Positions 50,367 to 60,323 of a DNA stretch of 64,000 nucleotides are shown here, piece by piece. The stretch is from Elusimicrobiota bacterium (GTDB taxonomy: Bacteria; Elusimicrobiota; Elusimicrobia; UBA1565). Positions within the stretch are counted from its first letter, which is position 1. Each line of letters begins with the position of its first letter. The notes below the pieces were generated by a model. The model was not told where the DNA came from, did not search any database, and saw only the letters and a program-made list of their open reading frames with translations. A program made the position numbers and the translations under genes. The stretch lies in assembly GCA_043827405.1 (NCBI GenBank), contig JBDRPD010000062.1:1-64000 (forward strand), written 5' to 3'.

Positions 50367-50624
50367 ATGAAACGAAACGCGAGACGAACCACGGAGTCCG
50401 ATAAGAAGCTCCGCCGCTATTATGAGCGAAACTCCGCCTTGGCTTCCGGCAGGAAGCTCAGCCGGGTCGAGGTCTCCTTCCCGCGGCCGCGCAAGCTCGT
50501 CGCGCTGCGCATAGAGCCGGAGACATTGGCCGCGGTGCGGAAATTGGCGGCGGAGCGGGGGCTGAATTACTCAACTCTGATGCGCATGTGGATCACCGAG
50601 TGTTTGCGGCGGGAGATTCGTTAG
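50367..50624 (+). CDS. CopG/BrnA-like antitoxin with C-terminal ribbon-helix-helix
   Basis: KLVALRIEPETLAAVRKLAAERGLNYSTLMRMWITECL is a typical RHH antitoxin pattern. Confidence 0.75.
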   Translation: MKRNARRTTESDKKLRRYYERNSALASGRKLSRVEVSFPRPRKLVALRIEPETLAAVRKLAAERGLNYSTLMRMWITECLRREIR

Positions 50625-50679
50625 CATCGGCGCGAACCATCCGACGTGCTGAACTGCTCAACTCTGAGGCGCCTGGGGA

Positions 50680-51513
50680 TTACCGCTTCGCGGCTTCGTC
50701 CGTGCTCTCGACAAACGACCACGCCATGTCCTGGTTCGAGCCCGCGGCGTACGTATCGGGGCCCAGCAGGATGCAGCCGAACTCGACGTCCCCGAGCAGC
50801 TCGCGGGCTTCCTGCAGAACCGTCGACGCGGGGATGCCGCGCGCGAGCCGGTCGTAGGCGCGCAGCGCGGCGCCGCGGCGCAGGATCTCCTCGCCGATCC
50901 CGGTGAAGGCGGCCGCGCCTCGCGGGCCCGCGTAGAGGCCGCAGCCCGGAAGGGGGACGTCCCCGATGCGGCCGAGCGGTGAGCCCGTCAGCCCTCCGGA
51001 GCTCAGGGCGGCGGCGAATTCCAGCCCGTCGGTCGCGACGCAGCCGACCGTATCGGAGCCGCGGAGGAAAGCGGCGAACCGCCGCCGGGCCTCCTCGGTC
51101 GTCGGATCATATCGCGCGTGGCCTTCCCGGCGGGCGAACTGGGTCGCCCCGGGACCGCAGAGCAGGGCGCCTCCTTTCAGCGCCAGCGAGAACGCGACCC
51201 GGGCCGGGTGGCGCACCGCTTCGATGCAGGCGACGGCCCCGAATTGCGGCGGAGCCGGCTTTGTCGTCGGGCGCCAGAACATGAAAGAGGCGTCCATCTG
51301 GATGGTCTTGTGGTCGCCGCGCAGCGACGAGCCCGTTCCGGCATTGAACCGCGGGTCGTCCTCAAGCACGTCCATCGCGCTTAGAACAGCTTCCGCCAGC
51401 GGCCGCCCCGCGGACACCGCCCGCCGGGCCGCCGCGGCGGCCCGCTGGGTTCCGTCGCGGTGCGCCGCGGGTGAGCTGGAGCCGCCGTGCGTCAGTATCC
51501 TCACATGAGCCAT
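50680..51513 (-). CDS. iaaA: Isoaspartyl peptidase / plant-type L-asparaginase (Ntn hydrolase)
   Basis: THGG, LEDDPRFNAGTGS, MDAS, D-TVG autocleavage nucleophile, GRIGD, TGIGE; divergent from cphBA. Confidence 0.88.
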   Translation of the reverse strand: MAHVRILTHGGSSSPAAHRDGTQRAAAAARRAVSAGRPLAEAVLSAMDVLEDDPRFNAGTGSSLRGDHKTIQMDASFMFWRPTTKPAPPQFGAVACIEAVRHPARVAFSLALKGGALLCGPGATQFARREGHARYDPTTEEARRRFAAFLRGSDTVGCVATDGLEFAAALSSGGLTGSPLGRIGDVPLPGCGLYAGPRGAAAFTGIGEEILRRGAALRAYDRLARGIPASTVLQEARELLGDVEFGCILLGPDTYAAGSNQDMAWSFVESTDEAAKR

Positions 51514-51589
51514 GCGAGTCATTATAGTCTAATGGCGATGCCGCGAGCGCATTAACCGCTCCCGGTCAAATGCTAGAATCAAGCCCACC

Positions 51590-52477
51590 ATGGCAAGCGA
51601 GACCCGCGGCGATTCCCCTCGAGATCCGAAGAGCAGGAGGAAGCAGGGAAAGCTGCTCCTAATCGGCGGCAACGAGGACAAGACCGAAAAGATGGAGATC
51701 CTTCGCGCCCTCGTCCAGGAGGCGGGGGGCGGCGCGGCGCGCATCGAGGTTATTACCACGGCTTCTTCCGAGCCGGAAACCGTATGGCAGGCGTACGAAA
51801 AGGCTTTCCGGCAGATCGGGGTCGCCTACGCACAGCCGCTGCACATCGATTCGCGCGCGCAGGCGGAGCAGCCGGAGCTGCTCGAGCGCATCGGCCGGTC
51901 CACCGCCATCCTGTTCGCCGGCGGGGATCAGCTCCGCATCACGTCGATCCTCGATGGGACGCCGGTGGCGGAGGCGATCAACCGCCACTTCTTCGACGAC
52001 GGAAAGCTGATCGCGGGGACTTCCGCGGGCGCGGCCGCGCTGACCAGCACCATCATCTACGACGGGGAATCTCATGAGGCCCTGCACAAGGGGTCGGTGA
52101 AGATGACCGGCGGCCTGGCCCTGATTTCGAATGCGGTGGTGGATACGCATTTCGTTTCCCGCGGCCGTTTCGGCCGCCTGATCCAGGTCGTCGTCGGCAA
52201 TCCCCGCCTCATCGGAGTCGGACTCGGCGAGGATACCGGCGTTTTCGTCACCGGCGGGACGAAGCTGAAGGTCGTCGGCAGCGGTTTGGTGATCATCGTG
52301 GATGGCGGGAATATCGGCTTCACCAATGTTTTTGATGTCGAGCATATGGAGCCGTTTTCCGTCGAAAACGTCAAGGTCAACGTGCTCAGTTCCGGCGCCG
52401 GCTACGAGCTCGATTCCCGCTCCTTTCTGCCGCCGCCCCCCAGGAAGGCGAAGCCCGGGGCGGCCGAGAGCCGGTGA
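51590..52477 (+). CDS. cphB: Cyanophycinase
   Basis: IGGNEDK, GGDQ, GTSAG (Ser), DTHF..RGRFGRL (His), GLGED (Glu). Confidence 0.93.
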   Translation: MASETRGDSPRDPKSRRKQGKLLLIGGNEDKTEKMEILRALVQEAGGGAARIEVITTASSEPETVWQAYEKAFRQIGVAYAQPLHIDSRAQAEQPELLERIGRSTAILFAGGDQLRITSILDGTPVAEAINRHFFDDGKLIAGTSAGAAALTSTIIYDGESHEALHKGSVKMTGGLALISNAVVDTHFVSRGRFGRLIQVVVGNPRLIGVGLGEDTGVFVTGGTKLKVVGSGLVIIVDGGNIGFTNVFDVEHMEPFSVENVKVNVLSSGAGYELDSRSFLPPPPRKAKPGAAESR

Positions 52478-55143
52478 AGATCCTGCAGCTGCGCGCGCTG
52501 CGGGGCCCGAATCTTTGGTCGCGCTTCCCGACGATGTATATGGAGCTCGACCTCGAAGGCTTCGCTGAACGTCCCACCCATACGCATCCCGGATTTACCG
52601 ACCTCCTGATGCGGCTGATGCCGTCGCTCTACCAGCATCGCTGCGGGGTCGGCCGCGAGGGAGGCTTCGAGGGCCGGATGCGCGAGGGGACCTATTTGGG
52701 GCATGTGGTCGAGCATGTCGCGCTCGAGCTCCAGTGCCTGGCGGGCATGGAGGTCGGTTTCGGCAAGACGCGGGAGACCTCCGCGCCGGGAGTCTACCAT
52801 GTGGTCTACCGCTACCGCGATGAACAGGCGGGACTCGAGGCCGGCCGGCAGGCGGTCGGTCTGGTAGAGGCGTCGACTCAGGGCCGCTGCGTCGAGCTCG
52901 CCCCCATCCTGCAGCGGCTGCGGGAGATCCGCGAGGAAAGCATGCTGGGCCCCTCGACCACCTCGATCGTGGAGGAGGCGGTGGCGCGCGACATCCCGTT
53001 CATTCGCCTCAACGAGGCGTCGCTGGTCCAGCTGGGATGGGGCGCGCAGCAGCAGCGCATCCAGGCGACCTTGTCGGGGCGAACCTCGGCCCTCGGCGTC
53101 GAGATCGCGGACGACAAATTTCTTACCAAGAAGCTCCTGCGCCGCGTCGGCGTCCCCGTTCCCCAGGGCGCGGTCGTGGATTCAGCGGCGGAGGCCGCGG
53201 CCGCGGCTGAGGACCTCGGCTTCCCCGTCACCATCAAGCCCCTGGTCGGGAACCACGGGCGCGGGATTTCGGTCTGCGTCGCCGGCAAAGAGGGGGTCGG
53301 ACCGGCTTATGAAAGCGCGCTGAAAGTGTGTCCGCGCGCGGTGGTCGAACGGCACCTGGAAGGGGACGATTTTCGCATTCTGGTCGTGGGACACCGCATG
53401 GCGGCGGCGGCGCGCCGCACCCCGGCCCAGGTTACGGGCGACGGGAAGCGGACGATCCGCGAGCTGATCGACGAGGTGAACCGCAGCGAAGCGAGAGGAT
53501 TCGGTCACGAGAAGGTCCTGACCTATATCACTCCCGATGATATGACCCTGCGCCTCCTGCGGGAGCTCGGCCTCGATCTCGAATCGGTCCCCGCGGCCGG
53601 ACGGGTGGTGCGCCTGAAGTCCACGGCGAATCTTTCGACCGGCGGCACCGCCGAGGATGTCACGGATACGGTGCATCCGGCGAACCGCTTCATGGCGGAG
53701 CGCATCAGCCGCATCGTCGATCTCGACATCATGGGCATCGACTTCGTCGCCCCCACGCTGGAGACCCCGGTTTTCGAGAACGGCGGAGGGGTCGTCGAGG
53801 TCAACGCCGCCCCCGGGTTCCGGATGCACCTGTCGCCGACGCACGGCAAGCCGCGCAACGTCGCCGTTCCGGTCGTCGATATGCTTTTCGGCAAGGAAGG
53901 CCGCGGGAGGATTCCGCTGGTGACCGTTACCGGAACGAACGGCAAGACGACAACGGTGCGGCTGATCTCCCATCTCCTGAGAACGGCCGGCCGCCGCGTC
54001 GGCTCGACCACGACCGACAGCGTGCAGATCGAGAACCACACCGTGCTCCGCGGGGACTATTCGGGGCCGGAAGGCGCCGGCGTCGTCCTGCAGGACCCCA
54101 CCGTCAATGCGGCGGTGCTGGAGATCGCGCGGGGAGGAATCCTCCGCCGCGGCCTGGGCTTCGACCGCGCCGACGTGGCCGTGGTCCTCAACGTCGCCGA
54201 AGACCATCTCGGGCTCGAGGACGTCCACGATCTCGACAAGCTCAGCGATGTCAAGCGGGTCGTCGCCGAGGCGGTGCATCCCGAAAAGGGCCGGGTCGTC
54301 CTTAACGCGGACGACCCGCGGGTTCTGGCGATGAAGAAGAAGCTGCAGGCCCGGGCCGTACTGTTTTCGCTCGACCCCGATTGCGCGGCGGTGCGCCGGC
54401 ATTTAGCCGAGGGCGGCACCGTTTTCACGATCGAAGAGGCCGCCGTGGTGCTGCGCGAGGGCAAAGCCCCGAAGATGCCGATCGTCAAGGTGTTCGAGAT
54501 ACCGATCGCGCTCGGAGGGAAGGCCCTTTACAATGTGTCCAACGCCCTCGCCGCGGCCGCGGCGGCGCATGCTTTGCTCGGCCTCGAGCTCGAGGACCTG
54601 AAGGCGGGCCTGTCGACGTTCAACCCGTCGATCGGCCAGTCTCCGGGGCGCTTGAATATCATTGAGATCGCGGGCGTCGACTATCTGGTCGACTACGCCC
54701 ACAACGTCCCGGCCTTTATGGCTCTCAACCAAGTCGTGGCGTCCCTGGCGGAAAACCGGCCGCCGGGCCACCGCCGCATCGGGGTGGTTTCCGGCACGGG
54801 CAACCGTCGAGACGAAGATATCCATCTCCTCGGCAAGGCCGCGGCCGGCATCTATACCGACCTAATCATCAAGGACTCCGACCCGCGCGGCCGGCCTCCG
54901 GGGGAGACGGCTGAGATTATGAAGCGCGGGGTGCTCGCCGCGGGTTTTCCCGGCGCGAGGATCCGCGTGGTCGTCGAGGAGAAAAGCGCGATCGAAGCCG
55001 CATTCGACGCGGCGCGCTCCGGGGATCTCGTCGTCATTCAGCCGGATGATATCGCGCGAACGATCCGGCAGCTGCTGGAGTACAAGGAGTCGCATGTGAG
55101 CCTTGATCTCGGAGACAACCCGCCGGCGCAGATACCGGCCTGA
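52474..55143 (+). CDS. cphA: Cyanophycin synthetase (CphA1)
   Basis: GPNLW, Cx19HxxEH N-domain, LGPST, ATP-grasp (KPLVGNHGRG, ANLSTGG, EVNAAPG), Mur-ligase domain (TGTNGKTT, DYAHN); GTGA overlap with cphB. Confidence 0.96.
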   Translation: MKILQLRALRGPNLWSRFPTMYMELDLEGFAERPTHTHPGFTDLLMRLMPSLYQHRCGVGREGGFEGRMREGTYLGHVVEHVALELQCLAGMEVGFGKTRETSAPGVYHVVYRYRDEQAGLEAGRQAVGLVEASTQGRCVELAPILQRLREIREESMLGPSTTSIVEEAVARDIPFIRLNEASLVQLGWGAQQQRIQATLSGRTSALGVEIADDKFLTKKLLRRVGVPVPQGAVVDSAAEAAAAAEDLGFPVTIKPLVGNHGRGISVCVAGKEGVGPAYESALKVCPRAVVERHLEGDDFRILVVGHRMAAAARRTPAQVTGDGKRTIRELIDEVNRSEARGFGHEKVLTYITPDDMTLRLLRELGLDLESVPAAGRVVRLKSTANLSTGGTAEDVTDTVHPANRFMAERISRIVDLDIMGIDFVAPTLETPVFENGGGVVEVNAAPGFRMHLSPTHGKPRNVAVPVVDMLFGKEGRGRIPLVTVTGTNGKTTTVRLISHLLRTAGRRVGSTTTDSVQIENHTVLRGDYSGPEGAGVVLQDPTVNAAVLEIARGGILRRGLGFDRADVAVVLNVAEDHLGLEDVHDLDKLSDVKRVVAEAVHPEKGRVVLNADDPRVLAMKKKLQARAVLFSLDPDCAAVRRHLAEGGTVFTIEEAAVVLREGKAPKMPIVKVFEIPIALGGKALYNVSNALAAAAAAHALLGLELEDLKAGLSTFNPSIGQSPGRLNIIEIAGVDYLVDYAHNVPAFMALNQVVASLAENRPPGHRRIGVVSGTGNRRDEDIHLLGKAAAGIYTDLIIKDSDPRGRPPGETAEIMKRGVLAAGFPGARIRVVVEEKSAIEAAFDAARSGDLVVIQPDDIARTIRQLLEYKESHVSLDLGDNPPAQIPA

Positions 55144-55149
55144 GCCGGC

Positions 55150-57405
55150 TCAATCCGCCAGCGACTTCAGCAGGCGGTTCTTGCCGGCGGCGTCGAGCCG
55201 TTGCAGAGCGGGATTCCCGTCGAGCGCGATGCGGATGATCTCGGGAAGCTCGGCCGGGCGCCCGGCGGCCGGGATCATGCCCGCCGGCTCCGTCAGCTCG
55301 TAGAGCGCCACGTCATGAGCATTGCGCCGCACCGGGCGCAGGTGGCCGCGCCAGAAGCGCGACAAAATCCGCAGCTGCTCCGGCGTCAGCGCGTGCAGGC
55401 GCCGCTGGAGGTTGCGCAGGGTTTCCGGATAATCGGCGAGAACATGCGTGAAGCCGCCGGCGCGGAGAATCGCTTGCAGCCCGGCGGCCGTCGGCGCCGT
55501 CCGCAGCGCCCGCAAAAAAGGATGCTCGTCGAACAGCGAGCAGGTCGCGCTGTCGCGCTCCAGGAACGCTGTGCGCACATCGCCCAGCAGCATGAGGCGG
55601 GCGTCCGGCGGCAGCGTTGCGTTGATATAGCGCGCCATCTCGTACTGCTGGGGCGGGTAGCCGATATGCGCCCGGCCGAGATACTGCTCCTTGGTCTCAT
55701 GTCCGAAGACGACGACCGGCACCTCTTTTTGCAAGAGCATCGCGCCGTTCCAGGCCAGGTTCCAGAGGACGATCGGGACGACCAGCCACGGCGCCCAGGG
55801 GCGCCACTCCCGGCCCAGCGCGGTCAGTTGATGGGCGGCATAGAGGCAGAACAGCGCCAGGGCGGGGATAAAGAAGCGGACCATGGAAGAGGACGCGCTC
55901 CAGGCGATATACTGCACGCCGAAGGCGAGCAGCAGCCAGCCGAAGGGGAAGACGGCCTTGCGCACGCGGAAGATCAGCGGGAAGAACGCGACCAGCAGCG
56001 GGCCGATGAAGGAGTAGTGGCTGCGTCCCTGGGTGAACAGCAGCCAGGGGGTGAGCAGCCAGGTCTGCCAGTGCCGGAGGCCGCCGTACCAGAAATGCCC
56101 GCGCGCCGAGTCCTTGAGCGCGGCGGCGTCGGGATAGAGGCCGCTCTGGCCGAAGACGGCGCCGAGGAAGGGATAGACGGGGTTGCCCGTAAACAGCGCG
56201 TTCTTCACCAGCCAGGGCGCGAAGACCGCCAGCGCGGCCAGCGACCAGAGTACCGGGAGCAGCAGCTTGGCGCGGCGCTCTATTTTGGGAGCGCGGTAGA
56301 GCCAGAGCAGCATCAGGACCAGCGCCGCCGCCGCGTTCCACGCCGCGGTGTATTTGACCCCCAGGGCGAGCCCGTGGAAGATGCCCGAGACCAAAAACCA
56401 GCGCGCGGTGGCGGCCGGCTGGGGCGACTCCTGGGCGTAGAAGCCCCGGACCAGCGCCCATATTCCCATCAGCGACCAGAACGCCGCTCCGCATTCGACG
56501 CTGGTATGCCAGGCGGCGAAGGCGGTGACGGGTACGGTGCAGAACAGCGCGCAGGCGCAGAGGGCGGTTTGCCGCGAGCAGGCGGTCCGGCCGAGGCCGT
56601 AGATCGCGGCCACAGTCAGCAGCATCATCCACAGGTGCATGAGCTTGGCCAGAATCTCGCCGCGGAACAGCATCCCCAGCAGGTACAGCATCTCCATGTT
56701 CTGGGGGAAATTCGTATGCAGGATGCCTTCGATGGGGACGATGCGGCCGCGCAGGCGGTAGGTGTTGGGGGCGCCGAGGTGGTAGACGAGCGAATCGTAA
56801 AAGGTCTCGGGAGCGAGCGCGCCGAGGAGATGGTAGAAGACGCTGTAGGCGAGAACGGCCAGGAGCAGCCATTCCAGCGGCGCCAGCGTCGAGAAGAAGC
56901 CGGGGTGTTCGGGCGATATCGCCGGCCGACGCTTGAGCCAGCGCAGAAGCTCCACCGCCGTTAGGGCGATCCCCGCGCCGAGCAGCGCGAAGGCGAGCCC
57001 GGGCGTGACCCCCGCCGCAGCGCCGAGAAACAGCGTCAGCAGCGCGAGCGCGCCCAGGCCGAAGGCTTGCGCGATCAGGGCGCGCTCGAGGCCGGCCAGC
57101 GGCGTGCGGAACATCCAGCGGACCAGCGGCATGCCGTAGCCGAGCGCCGCGAAGGCGAAGGCGGCCAGATAGATCAGATCCAGCAGGTAGCCGCCGGCCA
57201 GTTCGGCGAGCGGTACGGTGCGCGGCGTCTTCACGGCGAAGGGCAGCAGCAGGCCGAGGTACAGCGACCGATCGGTCAAGGAGACGAGCTTGGCGCCGAT
57301 GAAGGCGAACCATACGGCAAAAGCCGTCGGCAGCGGCCAGAAGACCGCGCGGGCGTTCCCGGTGTCCTGCTTGTTGGCGCGCGGCTTACGTTTTCTCTTT
57401 CCCAC
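55150..57405 (-). CDS. Polytopic GT-C-fold (ArnT/PMT-like) glycosyltransferase-like membrane protein
   Basis: Many TM segments; YDSLVYHL acidic loop, GLALGVKYT, PWLVKN..TGNPVYP. Confidence 0.65.
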   Translation of the reverse strand: MGKRKRKPRANKQDTGNARAVFWPLPTAFAVWFAFIGAKLVSLTDRSLYLGLLLPFAVKTPRTVPLAELAGGYLLDLIYLAAFAFAALGYGMPLVRWMFRTPLAGLERALIAQAFGLGALALLTLFLGAAAGVTPGLAFALLGAGIALTAVELLRWLKRRPAISPEHPGFFSTLAPLEWLLLAVLAYSVFYHLLGALAPETFYDSLVYHLGAPNTYRLRGRIVPIEGILHTNFPQNMEMLYLLGMLFRGEILAKLMHLWMMLLTVAAIYGLGRTACSRQTALCACALFCTVPVTAFAAWHTSVECGAAFWSLMGIWALVRGFYAQESPQPAATARWFLVSGIFHGLALGVKYTAAWNAAAALVLMLLWLYRAPKIERRAKLLLPVLWSLAALAVFAPWLVKNALFTGNPVYPFLGAVFGQSGLYPDAAALKDSARGHFWYGGLRHWQTWLLTPWLLFTQGRSHYSFIGPLLVAFFPLIFRVRKAVFPFGWLLLAFGVQYIAWSASSSMVRFFIPALALFCLYAAHQLTALGREWRPWAPWLVVPIVLWNLAWNGAMLLQKEVPVVVFGHETKEQYLGRAHIGYPPQQYEMARYINATLPPDARLMLLGDVRTAFLERDSATCSLFDEHPFLRALRTAPTAAGLQAILRAGGFTHVLADYPETLRNLQRRLHALTPEQLRILSRFWRGHLRPVRRNAHDVALYELTEPAGMIPAAGRPAELPEIIRIALDGNPALQRLDAAGKNRLLKSLAD

Positions 57406-58888
57406 GCGGCGTAAAGAGAGCGCCCCAGCCCAGCGTCCAGGCGGTTCCGATGACGATGGCCCAGGGCCAGGCGATTTGGGATATGCCGAGCGGCGACAGG
57501 AGGCCGGAGCGCAGCGCCGCCGGCCCCGGTGGGAGATCGGCGGTTAAGAACAGGACGACCAGGACGCTCGTCGCCATGGCGGCGACGTTCGCGTACTCAT
57601 GGCCGCGGCTTTTCGTCAGCACGGCCAGCAGGAACACGCCGAGGAGCGCGCCGTAGGTGTAGCCCATGATGCGCAGGCCCAGCCACAAAATAGAGGTGTC
57701 TCCGCCGAAGAGCATGGCGACGCCGGCCAGGATGACGCCGAAGACGACAACGAGACCGCGCGACAGCCGGATGCTTTGCCCGTCGTCGAGCCGGCGGGTC
57801 GCGAAGGGGACGTAGAGGTCGACATAGACGGTCGAGGCCAGGCCGTTGAGCGCCGAGTCCAGAGACGACATGGCGGCGGCCAGCAGCGCCGCCACCAGCA
57901 GGCCCCGGACGCCCATGGGCAGGACGGTGCGGATGAAGTGGGGATATATGAAGTCGTTGCGTCCGGCGGCGGCGTACTGCGCCGCCGCGGGGTCGGGAAA
58001 GACCTGGTAGTAGGCGAACAGCGCCGCGCCGACCGTCAGAAACACCAATGTCGTCAGCAGGCTGGCGGCGCCGTAGGCTATGGCGGCGCCCTGGGCGTTT
58101 TTGACGTTGCGGCAGGTCAGGAGGCGCTGGGCGATGTCCTGGTCGGTGGCGCCGACGGCCAAGCCGATGACGACGGCGAAAAAGTTGCCGGCCCAGAAAG
58201 TCGTCGCGTCGTCGAGGTCGAAGGCGAAGTTGAAGGTCGTGAATTTGCCGTGCGCCGCGCCGATGTCGATGAACTGGGCGAAGCCGTCGGGCAGGGCGCT
58301 CCAGATAAGAGCGATGGAGACCACGGCGCCGATGAGAAAGAGGGACAGCTGCAGGATGTCGGTCCAGATCACGGCCTTGATGCCGCCGCTGGTCGTATAA
58401 ACCATAGCGAAGAGCGCGATCAGGACGATGGCGGTTTTGAGCTCCAGGCCGAAGAATACCGAGACGGCGATGGCGCAGCCGGCGAGCCGGACGCCGCTGG
58501 CCAGGATGCGGCTGCAGATGAAAAACAGGGTTCCCGTCGTCCGCGTGACCGGGCCGAAGCGGTCCCCCAAAAGCTCGTAGACGGTGGTGACCTGCAGCCG
58601 ATAAAATACCGGCAGGAAGATGGCGGCCAGCAGCAGGCTCGAGATGAAGGTCCCGACCCAGAGCTGCAGGTAGACGAAGTTGCCGCCGAAGGCGGCTCCC
58701 GGCACGCCGATGAAGGTCAGGGCGGAGAGCGCCGTCGCCAGTGAGGAGGCGGCGACCGGCGCCCAGGACATGGAGCGGCCGGCGAGAAAGAAGTCCGCGG
58801 TGTTCTTCTCCCGGCGTCCCGCCCAGACGCCGAGGGATACGACGGTCGCGGCATAGAGCGCGAGCACGCACCAATCGAGCCAAACCAT
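57386..58888 (-). CDS. Sodium:solute symporter (SSS) family transporter
   Basis: DFFLAGRSM, SALTFIGVPG, GGIKAVIWTD, DQDIAQRLL, AAAMSSLDS. Confidence 0.92.
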   Translation of the reverse strand: MVWLDWCVLALYAATVVSLGVWAGRREKNTADFFLAGRSMSWAPVAASSLATALSALTFIGVPGAAFGGNFVYLQLWVGTFISSLLLAAIFLPVFYRLQVTTVYELLGDRFGPVTRTTGTLFFICSRILASGVRLAGCAIAVSVFFGLELKTAIVLIALFAMVYTTSGGIKAVIWTDILQLSLFLIGAVVSIALIWSALPDGFAQFIDIGAAHGKFTTFNFAFDLDDATTFWAGNFFAVVIGLAVGATDQDIAQRLLTCRNVKNAQGAAIAYGAASLLTTLVFLTVGAALFAYYQVFPDPAAAQYAAAGRNDFIYPHFIRTVLPMGVRGLLVAALLAAAMSSLDSALNGLASTVYVDLYVPFATRRLDDGQSIRLSRGLVVVFGVILAGVAMLFGGDTSILWLGLRIMGYTYGALLGVFLLAVLTKSRGHEYANVAAMATSVLVVLFLTADLPPGPAALRSGLLSPLGISQIAWPWAIVIGTAWTLGWGALFTPRGKEKT

Positions 58889-58918
58889 GGCCGGAATTAT
58901 AGCGAATATGGTTACGGC

Positions 58919-59341
58919 CTAGCGGGGACCCGCGAACCGCGCGAGGTCCGTGAAGAAGGTTTTTACGTAGGCGGGCAGGTAGCCGACGACGCAGAGCAGA
59001 AGCAGCGCCGCGATCATGAACGGCGCGGCGGTGCCGCATAGCGACGCGGGACGCCAGAAGGGGTGGGCGTCCGGCGCCGGCGCCCAGACCCAGCCGTGCA
59101 GGGGCGGCGCTTCTTCCTCGGGGCCGGCATAGTCGCCGTGCGGCCACCAGCGGTCGGTGAGATAGTGGGCCGCCAGATAGGCGCCTAGGCCGAGGAAGGC
59201 GAGCGCGGCGCACAGATGCCGGAGGAGCTCGCCCGGCGCGATGAGCCACAAGACAACGACAAGCGCGGCCTGCAGCGCGGAAAACTTCAAGGCGGCACCG
59301 CGGCGCGCTCTCTTATGCTCGGCGGTCGCCCAGTCGTTCAC
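58919..59341 (-). CDS. Hypothetical membrane protein
   Basis: GTGA overlap with the upstream gene; three hydrophobic segments. Confidence 0.55.
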   Translation of the reverse strand: MNDWATAEHKRARRGAALKFSALQAALVVVLWLIAPGELLRHLCAALAFLGLGAYLAAHYLTDRWWPHGDYAGPEEEAPPLHGWVWAPAPDAHPFWRPASLCGTAAPFMIAALLLLCVVGYLPAYVKTFFTDLARFAGPR

Positions 59342-59853
59342 GCCGACAACCCATGCTCTTCCCGCACCGCTTCCCAGCCCGCTTCCCACCCGTTTTCCTT
59401 GGCGGCCGGCTCAAAAGTCGCGAGGAATTTTCGCAGCGCCGCGTCGCCGTCGATCCGGCGGCCGAGGCGGCGGTTGTGTTCCAGTATGTTTTCGCAGCGG
59501 GCTTGGAAGTCCGTCGGGGTGAGCTGCGCGACCCGGAATACGTCGCGGTCTTCGCCGCCGCCGCGCACCTCGACGATCCAGTGCCGGGAGGCGAGCGAGG
59601 TACGCAGGTACTTGGCCACGGTCTCGTCGCCGAGGTCGAAGACCCGGTGGACGTAGAAGGGCTGGTCGGGTATGTCGTAGAGGCGCAGGATGCAGGCAAG
59701 CAGGCCGCCTGTGGGCAGCAGGAAGGAGCCGAACTCCAGCGTCATGCGCACGTCCTTGAAGCGCGACGGCTGAGCGACGCGCACCGTCCAGGCGGGGACG
59801 CCGTCATAGTAGTAGAGGTGCCCGGGGCGCGTTATTTCGTTTTCTCTCACCAT
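59338..59853 (-). CDS. Hypothetical protein
   Basis: 171 aa, globular-looking; overlaps both neighbours in an operon-like way. Confidence 0.65.
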   Translation of the reverse strand: MVRENEITRPGHLYYYDGVPAWTVRVAQPSRFKDVRMTLEFGSFLLPTGGLLACILRLYDIPDQPFYVHRVFDLGDETVAKYLRTSLASRHWIVEVRGGGEDRDVFRVAQLTPTDFQARCENILEHNRRLGRRIDGDAALRKFLATFEPAAKENGWEAGWEAVREEHGLSA

Positions 59854-60323
59854 CGGTGGTAGGCGGGATGCCCGGGCTTGACGGCGACGAAGGTCCCGCG
59901 GAAGGTCGCGCAGCGCTTGCCGCCGGAGGTCAGCGCGGATTCAACAACCGCGCGGTCGTCGGCGGACTCGGTGACGCGCGCGATGAGGCGGATGGGGCCC
60001 GCGGACGGCGCCGGCCGCCGCATCTTCACCGCGAACTCGGCGGTGACGGTGCACGGCGGCTTGTCCGTCCCGGTCTTCTTCATGAGGTGATGCGTCGCCG
60101 TCCAGTTCGAGTGGCAGTCGAGAAGGGCGCCGATGATCCCGCCGCTGAGGGTCCCGGCGAAGGCTTCATGCTGCTTCTCCGCCCGCCAATCGGCGACCAG
60201 TTCGTCGCCCGCGCCGCCGGAAGGAAAGCTGCGGATGCGCAGGCCCCGCGGGTTGGCGGGGCCGCAGCCGAAGCAGACATTGCCGGGCGCGTAGCGCTCC
60301 TGTACCGAGAGCTCGGCGCTCAC
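59847..60323 (-). CDS. PaaI/hotdog-fold thioesterase family protein
   Basis: CFGCGPANPRGL, SGGIIGALLD, VTAEFAVKMRRP. Confidence 0.85.
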   Translation of the reverse strand: MSAELSVQERYAPGNVCFGCGPANPRGLRIRSFPSGGAGDELVADWRAEKQHEAFAGTLSGGIIGALLDCHSNWTATHHLMKKTGTDKPPCTVTAEFAVKMRRPAPSAGPIRLIARVTESADDRAVVESALTSGGKRCATFRGTFVAVKPGHPAYHRW

